NCBI GenBank assembly: GCA_945787555.1
Contig: CALZJG010000137.1
Coordinates: 532 to 64,531, forward strand
Length of the DNA stretch: 64,000 nt
Source of the DNA: an uncultured Chromatiaceae bacterium
GTDB taxonomy: Bacteria; Pseudomonadota; Gammaproteobacteria; DRLM01
Direction: 5' to 3'
The translations under genes were made by a program, and so were the position numbers. Each line of letters opens with the position of its first letter. Within the stretch, counting starts at the first letter, position 1. The notes beneath the pieces were generated by a model. The model made no database searches, was not told the origin of the DNA, and worked only from the letters and a program-made list of their open reading frames with translations. Below, piece by piece: positions 59,617 through 64,000 of the stretch.

Positions 59617-59874
59617 TTACAATAGCGGGTGATCTTTCGGCAGTTGCTTGGCGTACCAGATGGCGAGTTTATGGCGCACGGATTGTTGCGAGACCTGATC
59701 CTCAGGCAAGGCTTGAATGACGCCGTCGTGCACCAACAGTCGGTAGATATATAAGATCTTATCGCTGGCGGAATCCGTCGGTTCGAACACCGCGGCACCG
59801 CGCGCTTCAGCATACTTCATGCCGGCAATGGTCGCTGCCTTGACCAACTCCGCTTCATTTTTCAGCTTCTTCAT
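59617..59874 (-). CDS. Hypothetical small protein
   Basis: ORF with likely start MKKLKNEAELVKAATIAGMKYAEARG. No domain recognised. Confidence 0.35.
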   Translation of the reverse strand: MKKLKNEAELVKAATIAGMKYAEARGAAVFEPTDSASDKILYIYRLLVHDGVIQALPEDQVSQQSVRHKLAIWYAKQLPKDHPLL

Positions 59875-59969
59875 GGCCCCTCTCTGAGATACATGACCTA
59901 TTGCCACCAGCGGATGATAACAAGGACGGGGATCCGAGGTGTATCGTCTCCTGCCTCACGCGGGTATTC

Positions 59970-61373
59970 TTACTCTAGCTGCCTGGCCTTGAAATACCGC
60001 CCTTTCACTTTTCGTGTCGAGAGGACCTCCAGTGCCTGGGCCGCACTGGAACGTGCGATGGCCACATAGGCTAGCTGATCAAAGATGTCGATCTTGCCGA
60101 CGTGAGTGCCGGCGATACCGGACTCACCGGTCAACGCGCCCAGTATATCGCCCGGACGCACTTTGCTCTTGCGCCCCCCGTCGATGCACAGCGTGACCAT
60201 GGGCGGGCTGAAATCATGCTTGTTATCGATATGCAACGCATCGATGGCCGCAGTCTTGGTTGGGCTTTGTTGATAGTCTTCTATCGCGTTCACCCGATAG
60301 GACTCGGCGGCGATAAACAAGCTCAAGGCCAGCCCGGCTTTTCCCGCCCGGCCGGTGCGGCCGATGCGATGAACATGCACTTCCGGGTCTTGGCTCAACT
60401 CGAAGTTGATCACCGCTGCCAAATCTTTGATATCGAGGCCCCGCGCGGCAACGTCGGTTGCCACCAGGATCGAACAACTCTGGTTGGAAAATCGTACCAG
60501 CACTTGATCCCGATCGCGTTGCTCCAAGTCGCCATGCAGGGCCAGGGCGCTATATCCCTTCGCTTGCAGCATATCGGCGATGTTTTGGCATTGCTGTTTG
60601 GTGTTGCAAAAGATCACGCAAGAGGCCGGATGGTAATGACCCAAGAGCGTCACTAGCGCAGCGAGTCGTTGCTCCCGAATCTGACTATGGCCATGGCCGG
60701 CCACCTCGAAGAACACTTGTTCGATCTTGTTGGGGGTGTGTGTGGCTGCAACACTGATCCGGCTGGGCTTTTTCTGCATCGACGCGCTGATCTGTTTGAT
60801 CGCCTCGGGATAGGTGGCGGAGAACAGCAAGGTTTGCCTGGTGCCGGGCGTGGCGGCAACGATTTCGGCCATGTCCTCGTAGAACCCCATATCCAACATC
60901 CGGTCGGCCTCGTCCAACACCAGGGTTTTGAGCTGACTCAGCTTGAGCGAACCCTTGCGCAGATGTTTCAGCACCCGCCCCGGCGTCCCCACGATGATGT
61001 GCGCACCGTGTTCCAAGGAGCCCAACTGAGGTCCGAAGGGCACGCCACCGCACAGCGTGAGCAGTTTGACGTTGGCGATGGCGCTCGCCAAGCGGCGTAT
61101 CTCCTTGCCCACCTGGTCGGCGAGTTCGCGCGTGGGACACAGCACCAAGGACTGTACTTTGAAATGGCGCGCATTCAGCCGAGTGAGCAGGCCAATGCCA
61201 AACGCCGCCGTCTTCCCGCTGCCGGTCTCCGCCTGGGCGATGAGGTCATTGCCCTGCAAGATGACCGGCAGGCTCTGCGCCTGAACCGGTGTCATGGACT
61301 GGTAACCCATGGAGTCAAGATTCGCCAGCATGGCGGCGTCCAAGCCCAGATTGGAAAAAGCAGCGGTGGTCAT
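59970..61373 (-). CDS. dbpA: ATP-dependent RNA helicase DbpA (DEAD-box helicase with C-terminal 23S-rRNA hairpin-92-binding domain)
   Basis: Q-motif, motif I (AQAETGSGKT), PTRELA, DEAD (VLDEADRMLD), SAT, HRIGRTGRAG, and the C-terminal DbpA RRM-like domain (MVTLCIDGGRKSKVRPGDILGALTGESGI...VGKIDIFDQLAYVAI). Confidence 0.85.
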   Translation of the reverse strand: MTTAAFSNLGLDAAMLANLDSMGYQSMTPVQAQSLPVILQGNDLIAQAETGSGKTAAFGIGLLTRLNARHFKVQSLVLCPTRELADQVGKEIRRLASAIANVKLLTLCGGVPFGPQLGSLEHGAHIIVGTPGRVLKHLRKGSLKLSQLKTLVLDEADRMLDMGFYEDMAEIVAATPGTRQTLLFSATYPEAIKQISASMQKKPSRISVAATHTPNKIEQVFFEVAGHGHSQIREQRLAALVTLLGHYHPASCVIFCNTKQQCQNIADMLQAKGYSALALHGDLEQRDRDQVLVRFSNQSCSILVATDVAARGLDIKDLAAVINFELSQDPEVHVHRIGRTGRAGKAGLALSLFIAAESYRVNAIEDYQQSPTKTAAIDALHIDNKHDFSPPMVTLCIDGGRKSKVRPGDILGALTGESGIAGTHVGKIDIFDQLAYVAIARSSAAQALEVLSTRKVKGRYFKARQLE

Positions 61374-61642
61374 AGATCTTTTACCTAGAGAAGCTGTGTC
61401 TAATGCGTGATGGCGGGCATAGTGTAACGGAGACCGGCACGCGGTGCGTTTGAGTCAGCGTCGGCTGCCAGACCTTGCAATCGAGGCAGTCCGCCCATAT
61501 TTAACAGGCCTATGTATCGCAATCCTCTCAAGGGCCATAATCGCCCTCCTATCGGTTACCATAGCCCCCATTCAGCCATAATCCCGATCCAGCACGGGTT
61601 TTGAATGCCGTGTTCGTGCGCCGTAGCAACTAGACGTATCTT

Positions 61643-62494
61643 ATGAAGATTCCCAAAAGAATTGAACCGTTGGTCCAGTATGGTCTCGTCGATGAGGTCA
61701 TCCGTCAGCTCATGAGCGGCAAAGAGGCCATGGTCTACGTCGTCCGCTGTGGGGAAGATATCCGCTGCGCGAAGGTATACAAAGAGTCCAACCAGCGTAG
61801 CTTCCGCCACAGCGTCAATTACACGGAAGGCCGTAAGGTGAGAAACAGCCGCCGCGCACGCGCCATGGAAAAGGGCGCCCGCTACGGACGCAAAGCGCAG
61901 GAAGAGGCCTGGCAAAGCGCCGAGGTTGACGCCTTGTACCGCCTCGCCACGGCCGGCGTGCGTGTCCCGAAACCCTATAACTTTGCCGACGGCGTGTTGC
62001 TGATGGAATTGGTGACCGGCGACGACGGTGACGTCGCCCCGCGGCTCAACGATGTCGCGCTAACGGCAGAGGAGGCTCGCGCATACCACGGCATATTGAT
62101 TATGGAGGTCGTTCGCATGCTCTGCGCCGGCATCGTTCATGGCGATTTGTCGGAATATAACGTGCTCATTGCCAGCGACGGCCCGGTCATCATCGACTTA
62201 CCCCAAGCCGTAGATGCCGCCGGCAACAACAACGCCTATAGCATGCTCGAGCGCGACGTTAATAACCTAGCCGCCTACTTCGCTCGCTACGCCCCTGAAC
62301 TCCTGACCACCGACTACGCCATGGAGATATGGTCGCACTACCAGAACGGCAAGCTACACCCGCAGATCGAGCTGACCGGGCGTTACCAGCGCAGCGAAAA
62401 ACCGGCTGATGCGGGCAGCGTCATGCGGGAAATCGACGCCGTGATCAAGGAAGAAGCTACGCGGCAGCGCCACAAGCAGGAAATGGAGGAATAG
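61643..62494 (+). CDS. RIO1-like atypical serine protein kinase (PA4780 family)
   Basis: RIO kinase hallmarks: G-loop-like SGKEAMVY, conserved Lys in RCAKVYK, the catalytic loop IVHGDLSEYNVL, and the metal-binding IIDLPQAVD. Confidence 0.7.
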   Translation: MKIPKRIEPLVQYGLVDEVIRQLMSGKEAMVYVVRCGEDIRCAKVYKESNQRSFRHSVNYTEGRKVRNSRRARAMEKGARYGRKAQEEAWQSAEVDALYRLATAGVRVPKPYNFADGVLLMELVTGDDGDVAPRLNDVALTAEEARAYHGILIMEVVRMLCAGIVHGDLSEYNVLIASDGPVIIDLPQAVDAAGNNNAYSMLERDVNNLAAYFARYAPELLTTDYAMEIWSHYQNGKLHPQIELTGRYQRSEKPADAGSVMREIDAVIKEEATRQRHKQEMEE

Positions 62495-63000
62495 CTTGAT
62501 CTGTATTAATCCGCATTTGATCGGACAGAAAGTGCGGGATGTACTCTTATTCACGAAGACTGAAAACAGTGGGAAATTTCCATCCAGCAATCTGGGCGAA
62601 ATGAATTCTCAGGGTCGCAGGCGATCCAGCGAAATCTGGCTCCTCAACTACATTGTTCTCGCCACGCAGCAATAGAATGTCTGACCCTGGCACGCGCACT
62701 GCTACCTGAGCCCCGCTTGGGGGGGCCGCAGGGGAATCCACAAAGCCGCGCTTTACGCCTCTACCCGCCACGGCTGAACGAAGCGGCGGAGCGCCGTTAC
62801 GGGCAATCGGGTCCCGCGTCATGGGCGTCTCGGTGGCGTGTGAGTCACATGAGTCGTTCGTTCATGGGTACCGTGTAACCCGACATCATTTTAAAAGAAA
62901 TCCCCAATTTTGATACGGATCAACCGGGGTAGGTTCCCGCAACAACGCTTCAGATCCGAGGATTTCGACCGACATACTTGGATACGCGTGCGCGAGCGCT

Positions 63001-64000
63001 ATGACGAAGCATTGCACGGGAGACAGTCACTTGGAAATATCATTGCATCGATTTCTCGTTGATGATGGCTGGGATCGCCCACCGGACGGCAACGCGGACT
63101 CAGAACAGACACTTCTTATCATCTTCGCTGCTGCGCGCCCGGACGGTGCCCTCGCTGATGAGCTTGGCGGGCTGCGCCAGGCCTTTCCTCGTTCCGTTCT
63201 CATCGGGTGTTCATCGTCTGGAGAAATCTACGGCGAAGGCCTTTGCGACGATAGCATCGTGGTTGCGGTGATGCGTTTTGATCATACGCGGATCAAATTG
63301 GGTCACGTTCCCGTTGCCGCCGCGCATGAATCCGCCGCCGCGGGAAAATCCCTGGCCAGACAACTGCACGCTGACGATTTGACCGCCGTTTTCACCCTGA
63401 CAGATGGACTGCTGGTAAACGGCTCGGCCTACGTGGAGGCCCTGGACAACGCTCTGCCCGAAGGTGTGGTGGTAACCGGTGGTCTGGCTGGGGATGGGGA
63501 CCGCTTCGAGCAAACTTGGGTTCTTTATGACGGCAACATCAGTTCCGGACAGATGGTGGCGGTTGGTTTCTATGGTGATTCGATTCGCGTGGCACATGGT
63601 TCGCGCGGTGGCTGGGACCTGTTGGGGCCCGAGCGCGAGGTAACGCGTTCAGAGAACAACGTGCTGTATTCCCTCGATGGCCAGCCGGCGCTTGAAGTGT
63701 ACAAGAAGTACCTGGGCGATCGTGCGCAAGGTCTGCCGGCTACCGGCTTATTGTTTCCGCTTGCGATTCGTAACGAAGAAGAGATCGACGGTTTAACGGT
63801 GCGTACAATTTTGGCCGTTGACGAGGAACGACAGTCAATCACGTTCGCTGGCAATGTGCCTGAGGGCTGCTTTGTCAAACTGATGCGAGCCAACTTTGAT
63901 CGCCTGGTCGACGGCGCCGCAAGTGCCGCTGAGAGTGTCCAACTCGAGGATTATGTTGGCGGCCCGGCACTGTGCGTGGCGATCAGTTGCGTCGGCCGGC
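63001..64000 (+). CDS. FIST-domain signalling protein (FIST_N + FIST_C); start present, 3' end truncated by the window edge
   Basis: ATG at 63001, with the frame open to the window end. Translation MTKHCTGDSHLEISLHRFLVDDGWDRPPDGNADSEQTLLIIFAAARPDGALADELGGLRQAFPRSVLIGCSSSGEIYGEGLCDDSIVVAVMRF...TDGLLVNGSAYVEAL...VVTGGLAGDGDRFEQTWVLYDG is the FIST N-domain pattern (lv.fas......l...l...fP.a.liGcSs.GEI). The track's 63059 ORF is a different, spurious frame. Confidence 0.6.
   Translation, partial: MTKHCTGDSHLEISLHRFLVDDGWDRPPDGNADSEQTLLIIFAAARPDGALADELGGLRQAFPRSVLIGCSSSGEIYGEGLCDDSIVVAVMRFDHTRIKLGHVPVAAAHESAAAGKSLARQLHADDLTAVFTLTDGLLVNGSAYVEALDNALPEGVVVTGGLAGDGDRFEQTWVLYDGNISSGQMVAVGFYGDSIRVAHGSRGGWDLLGPEREVTRSENNVLYSLDGQPALEVYKKYLGDRAQGLPATGLLFPLAIRNEEEIDGLTVRTILAVDEERQSITFAGNVPEGCFVKLMRANFDRLVDGAASAAESVQLEDYVGGPALCVAISCVGR

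Noticed and set aside
63059-63271. Track ORF MMMAGIAHRT... starting with TTG
   Set aside because: This is the wrong frame. The adjacent frame from ATG 63001 gives an uninterrupted FIST-domain protein running to the window edge with clear family motifs.
1-64000. tRNA, rRNA and tmRNA genes
   Set aside because: Reading intergenic regions on both strands found no cloverleaf-compatible segments with conserved T-loop (GTTCGAATC-like) or anticodon-arm features, and no rRNA-like conserved blocks.

Overview
This 64-kb window looks like a mosaic chromosomal segment from a Gram-negative bacterium, probably a gammaproteobacterium, though the organism cannot be named from sequence alone. G+C composition is visibly heterogeneous, which points to several horizontally acquired blocks. 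In order along the window: (1) a minus-strand operon for periplasmic nitrate reductase, napD-napA-napB-napF, followed by orphan mrpE/mrpF-like genes, an FHA-domain protein and a peptidoglycan-binding protein truncated at the window edge; (2) a transposase fragment, then a three-gene oxidoreductase operon on the minus strand (FAD-linked oxidase, atypical Fe-S protein, geranylgeranyl-reductase-like flavoprotein); (3) a very GC-rich DUF349 gene, an FGE/sulfatase-modifying-domain lipoprotein and a large SWIM+SNF2 helicase; (4) a cargo segment (DUF3597, DUF3422, cold-shock protein, NYN-LOTUS protein) bracketed by two same-orientation decayed copies of one rve-family IS, followed by an IS/RAYT graveyard; (5) a metzincin protease, an MscS-family channel, an HD-GYP phosphodiesterase, a DUF2130 protein, a PspA/IM30-like - membrane protein - secreted vWA operon divergent from an OmpR-family two-component system, and PPK2; (6) a dispersed ~105-bp MITE-like repeat family with 25-bp terminal inverted repeat GTCATTTCGACCGCAGGGAGAAATC at six or more loci, one of which carries a small GIY-YIG nuclease gene inserted between imuB and dnaE2; (7) a GerW/YtfJ + DUF2953 pair; (8) a GC-rich SOS mutagenesis cassette imuA-imuB-dnaE2 with tandem LexA-like boxes over its promoter, and a convergent SRAP/YedK gene; (9) alpha/beta hydrolase, GDSL lipase, secreted repeat protein, OYE reductase, VF530-like protein, DbpA helicase, RIO-like kinase and a 3'-truncated FIST-domain gene. 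I found no rRNA, tRNA or CRISPR array. The most interesting signal is the GIY-YIG-bearing repeat element and its non-coding MITE derivatives, followed by the PspA-vWA module with its two-component system and the IS-bracketed cargo.
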